A stretch of DNA of 29,041 nt from Utricularia gibba (taxonomy: Eukaryota > Plantae > Magnoliophyta), in the NCBI GenBank assembly GCA_002189035.1, contig NEEC01000358.1, positions 1 to 29,041 on the forward strand, written 5' to 3'. The notes under the pieces are model-generated. The model did not search any database and was not told the origin of the DNA. It saw only the letters and a program-made list of their open reading frames with translations. Of this stretch, positions 1-12,157 are shown one piece after another; position 1 is the first letter of the stretch; every line of letters starts with the position of its first letter. A program made the position numbers and the translations under genes.

Positions 1-3000
1 GGCCTCGCACACCGTTCGGTATTTCGGCCATATCCTGAAAACCGTGATGAGTCATGCTGCGCCCGGCATACCGTTTCGAACCCCTTTCCGTGCCGGTCAG
101 CTTCCGTGTTGAAAGCTTCTTCGTCCGAGGATGCATCAAAGCTCGAATTATCGCCTTATCTTAGCCTTCAGATGTGCCACAATTGGCCACCACGTTCGCG
201 ACGATGCGACTCGGAAAACGAGAATCGACCCGATTGTGATTTTCGGTTTGCAAAACATGTGCGTTTTATTGGATGACGTGAAGTATGGGTTTTCGAGGCG
301 ATCTCTGAAAGCTCTGGGTGTGTCCCTACCTGCAGCCTCATGGTGGCCTCGCACACCGTTCGGTATTTCGGCCATATCCTGAAAACCGTGATGAGTCATG
401 CTGCGCCGGCATACCGTTTCGAACCCCTTTCCGTGCCGGTCAGCTTCCGTGTTGAAAGCTTCTTCGTCCGAGGATGCATCAAAGCTCGAATTATCGCCTT
501 ATCTTAGCCTTCAGATGTGCCCCACCACGTTCGCGACGATGCGACTCGGAACACGAGAATCGACGCGATTGTGATTTTCGCCTTGCAAAACATCTGCGTT
601 TTATTGGATGACGTGAAGTATGGGTTTTCGAGGCGATCTCTGAACAAGCTCTGGGTGTGTCCCTACTGCAGCCTCATGGTGGCCTCGCACACCGTTCGGT
701 ATTTCGGCCATATCCTGAAAACCGTGATGAGTCATGCTGCGCCCGGCATACCGTTTCGAACCCCTTTCCGTGCCGGTCAGCTTCCGTGTTGAAAGCTTCT
801 TCGTCCGAGGATGCATCAAAGCTCGAATTATCGCCTTATCTTAGCCTTCAGATGTGCCACAAATTGGCCACCACGTTCGCGACGATGCGACTCGGAAAAC
901 GAGAATCGACCCGATTGTGATTTTCGTTGCAAACATCTGCGTTTTATTGGGTGACGTGAAGTATGGGTTTTCGAGGCGATCTCTGAACAAGCTCTGGTGT
1001 GTCCCTACCTGCAGCCTCATGGTGGCCTCGCACACCGTTCGGTATTTCGGCCATATCCTGAAAACCGTGATGAGTCATGCTGCGCCCGGCATACCGTTTC
1101 GAACCCCTTTCCGTGCCGGTCAGCTTCCGTGTTGAAAGCTTCTTCGTCCGAGGATGCATCAAGCTCGAATTATCGCCTTATCTTAGCCTTTAGATGTGCC
1201 ACAAATTGGCCACCACGTTCGCGACGATGCGACTCGGAACACGAGAATCGACGCGATTGTGATTTTCGCCTTGCAAAACATCTGCGTTTTATTGGATGAC
1301 GTGAAGTATGGGTTTTCGAGGCGATCTCTGAACAAGCTCTGGGTGTGTCCCTACTGCAGCCTCATGGTGGCCTCGCACACCGTTCGGTATTTCGGCCATA
1401 TCCTGAAAACCGTGATGAGTCATGCTGCGCCGGCATACCGTTTCGAACCCCTTTCCGTGCCGGTCAGCTTCCGTGTTGAAAGCTTCTTCGTCCGAGGATG
1501 CATCAAGCTCGAATTATCGCCTTATCTTAGCCTTCAGATGTGCCACAAATTGGCCACCACGTTCGCGACGATGCGACTCGGAAAACGAGAATCGACCCGA
1601 TTGTGATTTTCGGTTTCAAAACATGTGCGTTTTATTGGGTGACGTGAAGTATGGGTTTTCGAGGCGATCTCTGAACAAGCTCTGGTGTGTCCTACCCGCA
1701 GCCTCATGGTGGCCTCGCACACCGTTCGGTATTTCGGCCATATCCTGAAAACCGTGATGAGTCATGCTGCGCCGGCATACCGTTTCGAACCCCTTTCCGT
1801 GCCGGTCAGCTTCCGTGTTGAAAGCTTCTTCGTCCGAGGATGCATCAAAGCTCGAATTATCGCCTTATCTTAGCCTTCAGATGTGCCACAAATTGGCCAC
1901 CACGTTCGCGACGATGCGACTCGGAACACGAGAATCGACCGATTGTGATTTTCGCCTTGCAAAACATCTGCGTTTTATTGGATGACGTGAAGTATGGGTT
2001 TTCGAGGCGATCTCTGAACAAGCTCTGGGTGTGTCCCTACTGCAGCCTCATGGTGGCCTCGCACACCGTTCGGTATTTCGGCCATATCCTGAAAACCGTG
2101 ATGAGTCATGCTGCGCCCGGCATACCGTTTCGAACCCCTTTCCGTGCCGGTCAGCTTCCGTGTTGAAAGCTTCTTCGTCCGAGGATGCATCAAGCTCGAA
2201 TTATCGCCTTATCTTAGCCTTCAGATGTGCCACAAATTGGCCACCACGTTCGCGACGATGCGACTCGGAACACGAGAATCGACGCGATTGTGATTTTCGC
2301 CTTGCAAAACATCTGCGTTTTATTGGATGACGTGAAGTATGGGTTTTCGAGGCGATCTCTGAACAAGCTCTGGGTGTGTCCCTACTGCAGCCTCATGGTG
2401 GCCTCGCACACCGTTCGGTATTTCGGCCATATCCTGAAAACCGTGATGAGTCATGCTGCGCCCGGCATACCGTTTCGAACCCCTTTCCGTGCCGGTCAGC
2501 TTCCGTGTTGAAAGCTTCTTCGTCCGAGGATGCATCAAAGCTCGAATTATCGCCTTATCTTAGCCTTCAGATGTGCCACAAATTGGCCACCACGTTCGCG
2601 ACGATGCGACTCGGAAACGAGAATCGACGCGATTGTGATTTTCGCCTTGCAAACATCTGCGTTTTATTGGATGACGTGAAGTATGGGTTTTCGAGGCGAT
2701 CTCTGAACAAGCTCTGGTGTGTCCCTACCTGCAGCCTCATGGTGGCCTCGCACACCGTTCGGTATTTCGGCCATATCCTGAAAACCGTGATGAGTCATGC
2801 TGCGCCGGCATACCGTTTCGAACCCCTTTCCGTGCCGGTCAGCTTCCGTGTTGAAAGCTTCTTCGTCCGAGGATGCATCAAAGCTCGAATTATCGCCTTA
2901 TCTTAGCCTTCAGATGTGCCACCACCACGTTCGCGACGATGCGACTCGGAACACGAGAATCGACGCGATTGTGATTTTCGCCTTGCAAAACATCTGCGTT

Positions 3001-6000
3001 TTATTGGATGACGTGAAGTATGGGTTTTCGAGGCGATCTCTGAACAAGCTCTGGGTGTGTCCCTACTGCAGCCTCATGGTGGCCTCGCACACCGTTCGGT
3101 ATTTCGGCCATATCCTGAAAACCGTGATGAGTCATGCTGCGCCCGGCATACCGTTTCGAACCCCTTTCCGTGCCGGTCAGCTTCCGTGTTGAAAGCTTCT
3201 TCGTCCGAGGATCATCAAGCTCGAATTATCGCCTTATCTTAGCCTTCAGATGTGCCACAAATTGGCCACCACGTTCGCGACGATGCGACTCGGAAACGAG
3301 AATCGACCCGATTGTGATTTTCGAAACATGTGCGTTTTATTGGTGACGTGAAGTATGGGTTTTCGAGGCGATCTCTGAACAAGCTCTGGGTGTGTCCCTA
3401 CTGCAGCCTCATGGTGGCCTCGCACACCGTTCGGTATTTCGGCCATATCCTGAAAACCGTGATGAGTCATGCTGCGCCCGGCATACCGTTTCGAACCCTT
3501 TCCGTGCCGGTCAGCTTCCGTGTTGAAAGCTTCTTCGTCCGAGGATGCATCAAAGCTCGAATTATCGCCTTATCTTAGCCTTCAGATGTGCCACAAATTG
3601 GCCACCACGTTCGCGACGATGCGACTCGGAACACGAGAATCGACGCGATTGTGATTTTCGCCTTGCAAAACATCTGCGTTTTATTGGATGACGTGAAGTA
3701 TGGGTTTTCGAGCGATCTCTGAACAAGCTCTGGGTGTGTCCCTACTGCAGCCTCATGGTGGCCTCGCACACCGTTCGGTATTTCGGCCATATCCTGAAAA
3801 CCGTGATGAGTCATGCTGCGCCCGGCATACCGTTTCGAACCCCTTTCCGTGCCGGTCAGCTTCCGTGTTGAAAGCTTCTTCGTCCGAGGAGCATCAAGCT
3901 CGAATTATCGCCTTATCTTAGCCTTCAGATGTGCCACAAATTGGCCACCACGTTCGCGACGATGCGACTCGGAAAACGAGAATCGACCCGATTGTGATTT
4001 TCGGGTTGCAAACATGGCGTTTTATTGGGTGACGTGAAGTATGGGTTTTCGAGGCGATCTCTGAACAAGCTCTGGTGTGTCCTACGCAGCCTCATGGTGG
4101 CCTCGCACACCGTTCGGTATTTCGGCCATATCCTGAAAACCGTGATGAGTCATGCTGCGCCGGCATACCGTTTCGAACCCTTTCCGTGCCGGTCAGCTTC
4201 CGTGTTGAAAGCTTCTTCGTCCGAGGATGCATCAAAGCTCGAATTATCGCCTTATCTTAGCCTTCAGATGTGCCACAAATTGGCCACCACGTTCGCGACG
4301 ATGCGACTCGGAACACGAGAATCGACCCGATTGTGATTTTCGCTTGCAAAACATCTGCGTTTTATTGGATGACGTGAAGTATGGGTTTTCGAGGCGATCT
4401 CTGAACAAGCTCTGGGTGTGTCCCTACTGCAGCCTCATGGTGGCCTCGCACACCGTTCGGTATTTCGGCCATATCCTGAAAACCGTGATGAGTCATGCTG
4501 CGCCCGGCATACCGTTTCGAACCCCTTTCGTGCCGGTCAGCTTCCGTGTTGAAAGCTTCTTCGTCCGAGGATGCATCAAAGCTCGAATTATCGCCTTATC
4601 TTAGCCTTCAGATGTGCCACAAATTGGCCACCACGTTCGCGACGATGCGACTCGGAACACGAGAATCGACGCGATTGTGATTTTCGCCTTGCAAAACATC
4701 TGCGTTTTATTGGATGACGTGAAGTATGGGTTTTCGAGGCGATCTCTGAACAAGCTCTGGGTGTGTCCCTACTTGCAGCCTCATGGTGGCCTCGCACACC
4801 GTTCGGTATTTCGGCCATATCCTGAAAACGTGATGAGTCAAGCTGCGCCGGCATACCGTTTCGAACCCCTTTCCGTGCCGGTCAGCTTCCGTGTTGAAAG
4901 CTTCTTCGTCCGAGGATGCATCAAAGCTCGAATTATCGCCTTATCTTAGCCTTTCAGATGTGCCACAAATTGGCCACCACGTTCGCGACGATGCGACTCG
5001 GAACACGAGAATCGACGCGATTGTGATTTTCGCTTGCAAAACATCTGCGTTTTATTGGATGACGTGAAGTATGGGTTTTCGAGGCGATCTCTGAACAAGC
5101 TCTGGGTGTGTCCCTACGTGCAGCCTCATGGTGGCCTCGCACACCGTTCGGTATTTCGGCCATATCCTGAAAACCGTGATGAGTCATGCTGCGCCCGGCA
5201 TACCGTTTCGAACCCCTTTCCGTGCCGGTCAGCTTCCGTGTTGAAAGCTTCTTCGTCCGAGGATGCATCAAGCTCGAATTATCGCCTTATCTTAGCCTTC
5301 AGATGTGCCACAAATTGGCCACCACGTTCGCGACGATGCGACTCGGAAAACGAGAATCGACGCGATTGTGATTTTCGCCTTGCAAAACATCTGCGTTTTA
5401 TTGGATGACGTGAAGTATGGGTTTTCGAGGCGATCTCTGAACAAGCTCTGGGTGTGTCCCTACTGCAGCCTCATGGTGGCCTCGCACACCGTTCGGTATT
5501 TCGGCCATATCCTGAAAACCGTGATGAGTCATGCTGCGCCCGGCATACCGTTTCGAACCCCTTTCCGTGCCGGTCAGCTTCGTGTTGAAAGCTTCTTCGT
5601 CCGAGGATGCATCAAAGCTCGAATTATCGCCTTATCTTAGCCTTCAGATGTGCCACAAATTGGCCACCACGTTCGCGACGATGCGACTCGGAAAACGAGA
5701 ATCGACCCGATTGTGATTTTCGAAAACATCTGCGTTTTATTGGATGACGTGAAGTATGGGTTTTCGAGGCGATCTCTGAACAAGCTCTGGTGTGTCCCTA
5801 CCTGCAGCCTCATGGTGGCCTCGCACACCGTTCGGTATTTCGGCCATATCCTGAAAACCGTGATGAGTCATGCTGCGCCCGGCATACCGTTTCGAACCCC
5901 TTTCCGTGCCGGTCAGCTTCCGTGTTGAAAGCTTCTTCGTCCGAGGATGCATCAAAGCTCGAATTATCGCCTTATCTTAGCCTTCAGATGTGCCACCCAC

Positions 6001-7919
6001 CACGTTCGCGACGATGCGACTCGGAAACGAGAATCGACCCGATTGTGATTTTCGCCTTGCAAAACATCTGCGTTTTATTGGATGACGTGAAGTATGGGTT
6101 TTCGAGGCGATCTCTGAACAAGCTCTGGGTGTGTCCCTACGTGCAGCCTCATGGTGGCCTCGCACACCGTTCGGTATTTCGGCCATATCCTGAAAACCGT
6201 GATGAGTCATGCTGCGCCGGCATACCGTTTCGAACCCTTTCCGTGCCGGTCAGCTTCCGTGTTGAAAGCTTCTTCGTCCGAGGATCATCAAGCTCGAATT
6301 ATCGCCTTATCTTAGCCTTCAGATGTGCCACAAATTGGCCACCACGTTCGCGACGATGCGACTCGGAAAACGAGAATCGACCCGATTGTGATTTTCGGTT
6401 GCAAACATGTGCGTTTTATTGGGTGATGTGAAGTATGGGTTTTCGAGGCGATCTCTGAACAAGCTCTGGGTGTGTCCTACCCGCAGCCTCATGGTGGCCT
6501 CGCACACCGTTCGGTATTTCGGCCATATCCTGAAAACCGTGATGAGTCATGCTGCGCCCGGCATACCGTTTCGAACCCCTTTCCGTGCCGGTCAGCTTCC
6601 GTGTTGAAAGCTTCTTCGTCCGAGGATGCATCAAAGCTCGAATTATCGCCTTATCTTAGCCTTCAGATGTGCCACAAATTGGCCACCACGTTCGCGACGA
6701 TGCGACTCGGAAACGAGAATCGACCCGATTGTGATTTTCGCCTTGCAAAACATCTGCGTTTTATTGGATGACGTGAAGTATGGGTTTTCGAGGCGATCTC
6801 TGAACAAGCTCTGGGTGTGTCCCTACTGCAGCCTCATGGTGGCCTCGCACACCGTTCGGTATTTCGGCCATATCCTGAAAACCGTGATGAGTCATGCTGC
6901 GCCCGGCATACCGTTTCGAACCCCTTTCCGTGCCGGTCAGCTTCCGTGTTGAAAGCTTCTTCGTCCGAGGATGCATCAAAGCTCGAATTATCGCCTTATC
7001 TTAGCCTTCAGATGTGCCACAAATTGGCCACCACGTTCGCGACGATGCGACTCGGAACACGAGAATCGACGCGATTGTGATTTTCGCCTTGCAAAACATC
7101 TGCGTTTTATTGGATGACGTGAAGTATGGGTTTTCGAGGCGATCTCTGAACAAGCTCTGGGTGTGTCCCTACTGCAGCCTCATGGTGGCCTCGCACACCG
7201 TTCGGTATTTCGGCCATATCCTGAAAACCGTGATGAGTCATGCTGCGCCCGGCATACCGTTTCGAACCCCTTTCCGTGCCGGTCAGCTTCCGTGTTGAAA
7301 GCTTCTTCGTCCGAGGATGCATCAAAGCTCGAATTATCGCCTTATCTTAGCCTTCAGATGTGCCACAAATTGGCCACCACGTTCGCGACGATGCGACTCG
7401 GAAAACGAGAATCGACGCGATTGTGATTTTCGGTTGCAAAACATCTGCGTTTTATTGGGTGACGTGAAGTATGGGTTTTCGAGGCGATCTCTGAACAAGC
7501 TCTGGGTGTCCTACGCAGCCTCATGGTGGCCTCGCACACCGTTCGGTATTTCGGCCATATCCTGAAAACCGTGATGAGTCATGCTGCGCCCGGCATACCG
7601 TTTCGAACCCCTTTCCGTGCCGGTCAGCTTCCGTGTTGAAAGCTTCTTCGTCCGAGGATGCATCAAAGCTCGAATTATCGCCTTATCTTAGCCTTCAGAT
7701 GTGCCACAAATTGGCCACCACGTTCGCGACGATGCGACTCGGAACACGAGAATCGACGCGATTGTGATTTTCGCCTTGCAAAACATCTGCGTTTTATTGG
7801 ATGACGTGAAGTATGGGTTTTCGAGGCGATCTCTGAACAAGCTCTGGGTGTGTCCCTACTGCAGCCTCATGGTGGCCTCGCACACCGTTCGGTATTTCGG
7901 CCATATCCTGAAAACCGTG

Positions 7920-7928
7920 ATGAGTCAT
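7920..7928. promoter_or_regulatory. AP-1/GCN4-type bZIP consensus ATGAGTCAT (one per monomer; reference copy shown)
   Basis: Exact match to ATGA(C/G)TCAT. A CRE/ATF-like TGACGTG is also present at 7802-7808. This is a motif match only. Confidence 0.25.
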
Positions 7929-7945
7929 GCTGCGCCCGGCATACC

Positions 7946-7954
7946 GTTTCGAAC
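7946..7954 (-). promoter_or_regulatory. Pol III B-box-like motif GTTCGAAAC (one per monomer; reference copy shown)
   Basis: The + strand GTTTCGAAC reads GGGGTTCGAAACGG on the - strand and matches GTTCRANNC. No correctly spaced A-box was found. This is a motif match only; function is unsupported. Confidence 0.3.
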
Positions 7955-10900
7955 CCCTTTCCGTGCCGGTCAGCTTCCGTGTTGAAAGCTTCTTCGTCCG
8001 AGGATGCATCAAAGCTCGAATTATCGCCTTATCTTAGCCTTCAGATGTGCCACAAATTGGCCACCACGTTCGCGACGATGCGACTCGGAACACGAGAATC
8101 GACGCGATTGTGATTTTCGCCTTGCAAAACATCTGCGTTTTATTGGATGACGTGAAGTATGGGTTTTCGAGGCGATCTCTGAACAAGCTCTGGGTGTGTC
8201 CCTACTGCAGCCTCATGGTGGCCTCGCACACCGTTCGGTATTTCGGCCATATCCTGAAAACCGTGATGAGTCATGCTGCGCCCGGCATACCGTTTCGAAC
8301 CCCTTTCCGTGCCGGTCAGCTTCCGTGTTGAAAGCTTCTTCGTCCGAGGATGCATCAAAGCTCGAATTATCGCCTTATCTTAGCCTTCAGATGTGCCACA
8401 AATTGGCCACCACGTTCGCGACGATGCGACTCGGAAAACGAGAATCGACGCGATTGTGATTTTCGTTGCAAAACATCTGCGTTTTATTGGATGACGTGAA
8501 GTATGGGTTTTCGAGGCGATCTCTGAACAAGCTCTGGGTGTGTCCCTACCTGCAGCCTCATGGTGGCCTCGCACACCGTTCGGTATTTCGGCCATATCCT
8601 GAAAACCGTGATGAGTCATGCTGCGCCCGGCATACCGTTTCGAACCCCTTTCCGTGCCGGTCAGCTTCCGTGTTGAAAGCTTCTTCGTCCGAGGATGCAT
8701 CAAAGCTCGAATTATCGCCTTATCTTAGCCTTCAGATGTGCCACAAATTGGCCACCACGTTCGCGACGATGCGACTCGGAAAACGAGAATCGACGCGATT
8801 GTGATTTTCGCCTTGCAAAATCTGCGTTTTATTGGATGACGTGAAGTATGGGTTTTCGAGGCGATCTCTGAACAAGCTCTGGGTGTGTCCCTACTGCAGC
8901 CTCATGGTGGCCTCGCACACCGTTCGGTATTTCGGCCATATCCTGAAAACCGTGATGAGTCATGCTGCGCCCGGCATACCGTTTCGAACCCCTTTCCGTG
9001 CCGGTCAGCTTCCGTGTTGAAAGCTTCTTCGTCCGAGGAGCATCAAGCTCGAATTATCGCCTTATCTTAGCCTTCAGATGTGCCACAAATTGGCCACCAC
9101 GTTCGCGACGATGCGACTCGGAACACGAGAATCGACGCGATTGTGATTTTCGCCTTGCAAACATCTGCGTTTTATTGGATGACGTGAAGTATGGGTTTTC
9201 GAGGCGATCTCTGAACAAGCTCTGGTGTGTCCTACGCAGCCTCATGGTGGCCTCGCACACCGTTCGGTATTTCGGCCATATCCTGAAAACCGTGATGAGT
9301 CATGCTGCGCCCGGCATACCGTTTCGAACCCCTTTCCGTGCCGGTCAGCTTCCGTGTTGAAAGCTTCTTCGTCCGAGGATGCATCAAAGCTCGAATTATC
9401 GCCTTATCTTGATGTGCCACAAATTGGCCACCACGTTCGCGACGATGCGACTCGGAACACGAGAATCGACGCGATTGTGATTTTCGCCTTGCAAAACATC
9501 TGCGTTTTATTGGATGACGTGAAGTATGGGTTTTCGAGGCGATCTCTGAACAAGCTCTGGGTGTGTCCCTACCCAGCCTCATGGTGGCCTCGCACACCGT
9601 TCGGTATTTCGGCCATATCCTGAAAACCGTGATGAGTCATGCTGCGCCCGGCATACCGTTTCGAACCCTTTCCGTGCCGGTCAGCTTCCGTGTTGAAAGC
9701 TTCTTCGTCCGAGGATGCATCAAAGCTCGAATTATCGCCTTATCTTAGCCTTCAGATGTGCCACAAATTGGCCACCACGTTCGCGACGATGCGACTCGGA
9801 ACACGAGAATCGACGCGATTGTGATTTTCGGTTGCAAAACATCTGCGTTTTATTGGATGACGTGAAGTATGGGTTTTCGAGGCGATCTCTGAACAAGCTC
9901 TGGTGTGTCCTACCGCAGCCTCATGGTGGCCTCGCACACCGTTCGGTATTTCGGCCATATCCTGAAAACCGTGATGAGTCATGCTGCGCCCGGCATACCG
10001 TTTCGAACCCCTTTCCGTGCCGGTCAGCTTCCGTGTTGAAAGCTTCTTCGTCCGAGGATGCATCAAAGCTCGAATTATCGCCTTATCTTAGCCTTCAGAT
10101 GTGCCACAAATTGGCCACCACGTTCGCGACGATGCGACTCGGAACACGAGAATCGACGCGATTGTGATTTTCGCCTTGCAAAACATCTGCGTTTTATTGG
10201 ATGACGTGAAGTATGGGTTTTCGAGCGATCTCTGAACAAGCTCTGGGTGTGTCCCTACGTGCAGCCTCATGGTGGCCTCGCACACCGTTCGGTATTTCGG
10301 CCATATCCTGAAAACCGTGATGAGTCATGCTGCGCCCGGCATACCGTTTCGAACCCTTTCCGTGCCGGTCAGCTTCCGTGTTGAAAGCTTCTTCGTCCGA
10401 GGATGCATCAAAGCTCGAATTATCGCCTTATCTTAGCCTTCAGATGTGCCACAAATTGGCCACCACGTTCGCGACGATGCGACTCGGAAACGAGAATCGA
10501 CCCGATTGTGATTTTCGAAACATGTGCGTTTTATTGGGTGACGTGAAGTATGGGTTTTCGAGGCGATCTCTGAACAAGCTCTGGGTGTGTCCTACCCGCA
10601 GCCTCATGGTGGCCTCGCACACCGTTCGGTATTTCGGCCATATCCTGAAAACCGTGATGAGTCATGCTGCGCCGGCATACCGTTTCGAACCCCTTTCCGT
10701 GCCGGTCAGCTTCCGTGTTGAAAGCTTCTTCGTCCGAGGATGCATCAAAGCTCGAATTATCGCCTTATCTTAGCCTTCAGATGTGCCACAAATTGGCCAC
10801 CACGTTCGCGACGATGCGACTCGGAACACGAGAATCGACGCGATTGTGATTTTCGCCTTGCAAAACATCTGCGTTTTATTGGATGACGTGAAGTATGGGT

Positions 10901-12157
10901 TTTCGAGGCGATCTCTGAACAAGCTCTGGGTGTGTCCCTACGTGCAGCCTCATGGTGGCCTCGCACACCGTTCGGTATTTCGGCCATATCCTGAAAACCG
11001 TGATGAGTCAGCTGCGCCGGCATACCGTTTCGAACCCCTTTCCGTGCCGGTCAGCTTCCGTGTTGAAAGCTTTTCGTCCGAGGATGCATCAAAGCTCGAA
11101 TTATCGCCTTATCTTAGCCTTCAGATGTGCCACAAATTGGCCACCACGTTCGCGACGATGCGACTCGGAACACGAGAATCGACGCGATTGTGATTTTCGC
11201 CTTGCAAAACATCTGCGTTTTATTGGATGACGTGAAGTATGGGTTTTCGAGGCGATCTCTGAACAAGCTCTGGGTGTGTCCCTACTGCAGCCTCATGGTG
11301 GCCTCGCACACCGTTCGGTATTTCGGCCATATCCTGAAAACCGTGATGAGTCATGCTGCGCCCGGCATACCGTTTCGAACCCCTTTCCGTGCCGGTCAGC
11401 TTCCGTGTTGAAAGCTTCTTCGTCCGAGGATGCATCAAAGCTCGAATTATCGCCTTATCTTAGCCTTCAGATGTGCCACAAATTGGCCACCACGTTCGCG
11501 ACGATGCGACTCGGAAAACGAGAATCGACCCGATTGTGATTTTCGCAAACATCTGCGTTTTATTGGATGACGTGAAGTATGGGTTTTCGAGGCGATCTCT
11601 GAACAAGCTCTGGGTGTGTCCCTACCTGCAGCCTCATGGTGGCCTCGCACACCGTTCGGTATTTCGGCCATATCCTGAAAACCGTGATGAGTCATGCTGC
11701 GCCGGCATACCGTTTCGAACCCCTTTCCGTGCCGGTCAGCTTCCGTGTTGAAAGCTTCTTCGTCCGAGGATGCATCAAAGCTCGAATTATCGCCTTATCT
11801 TAGCCTTCAGATGTGCCACAAATTGGCCACCACGTTCGCGACGATGCGACTCGGAACACGAGAATCGACGCGATTGTGATTTTCGCCTTGCAAAATCTGC
11901 GTTTTATTGGATGACGTGAAGTATGGGTTTTCGAGGCGATCTCTGAACAAGCTCTGGGTGTGTCCCTACGTGCAGCCTCATGGTGGCCTCGCACACCGTT
12001 CGGTATTTCGGCCATATCCTGAAAACCGTGATGAGTCATGCTGCGCCCGGCATACCGTTTCGAACCCCTTTCCGTGCCGGTCAGCTTCCGTGTTGAAAGC
12101 TTCTTCGTCCGAGGATGCATCAAAGCTCGAATTATCGCCTTATCTTAGCCTTCAGAT

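Larger units (their letters stand above)
7701..8392 (+). repeat. Two adjacent identical copies of the majority ('type A') 346-bp monomer; used here as reference
   Basis: 7701-8046 and 8047-8392 read identically by eye. Hand count: 346 bp, 181 G+C (52%), 31 CpG. Single sites for NruI, PstI, BstBI, HindIII and NsiI. Copies at 7014, 11127 and 24774 also appear to match. Confidence 0.95.

Noticed and set aside
7760-7825. Phased A/T tracts (intrinsic DNA curvature)
   Set aside because: Tracts at monomer positions 68-71, 80-83, 92-95 and 118-121 are short and ~12 bp apart rather than 10-10.5 bp, so this is not convincing without computation.
7935-7953. CENP-B box (NTTCGNNNNANNCGGGN)
   Set aside because: CCCG and CGAA occur 15 bp apart instead of the required 11, and none of the TTCG motifs on the + strand fits the consensus.
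7890-8046. Functional 5S rDNA or tRNA tandem gene array
   Set aside because: The unit size is compatible, but there is no intact 120-nt 5S sequence, no correctly spaced A/B or A/C boxes and no evident cloverleaf. It is kept only as low-interest motif findings.
9400-9420. Small one-off indels (8-bp loss at 9410, 6-bp loss at ~23332, 5-bp loss at ~22745, 2-bp gain at ~24264)
   Set aside because: These are singletons that cannot be told apart from sequencing or consensus error.
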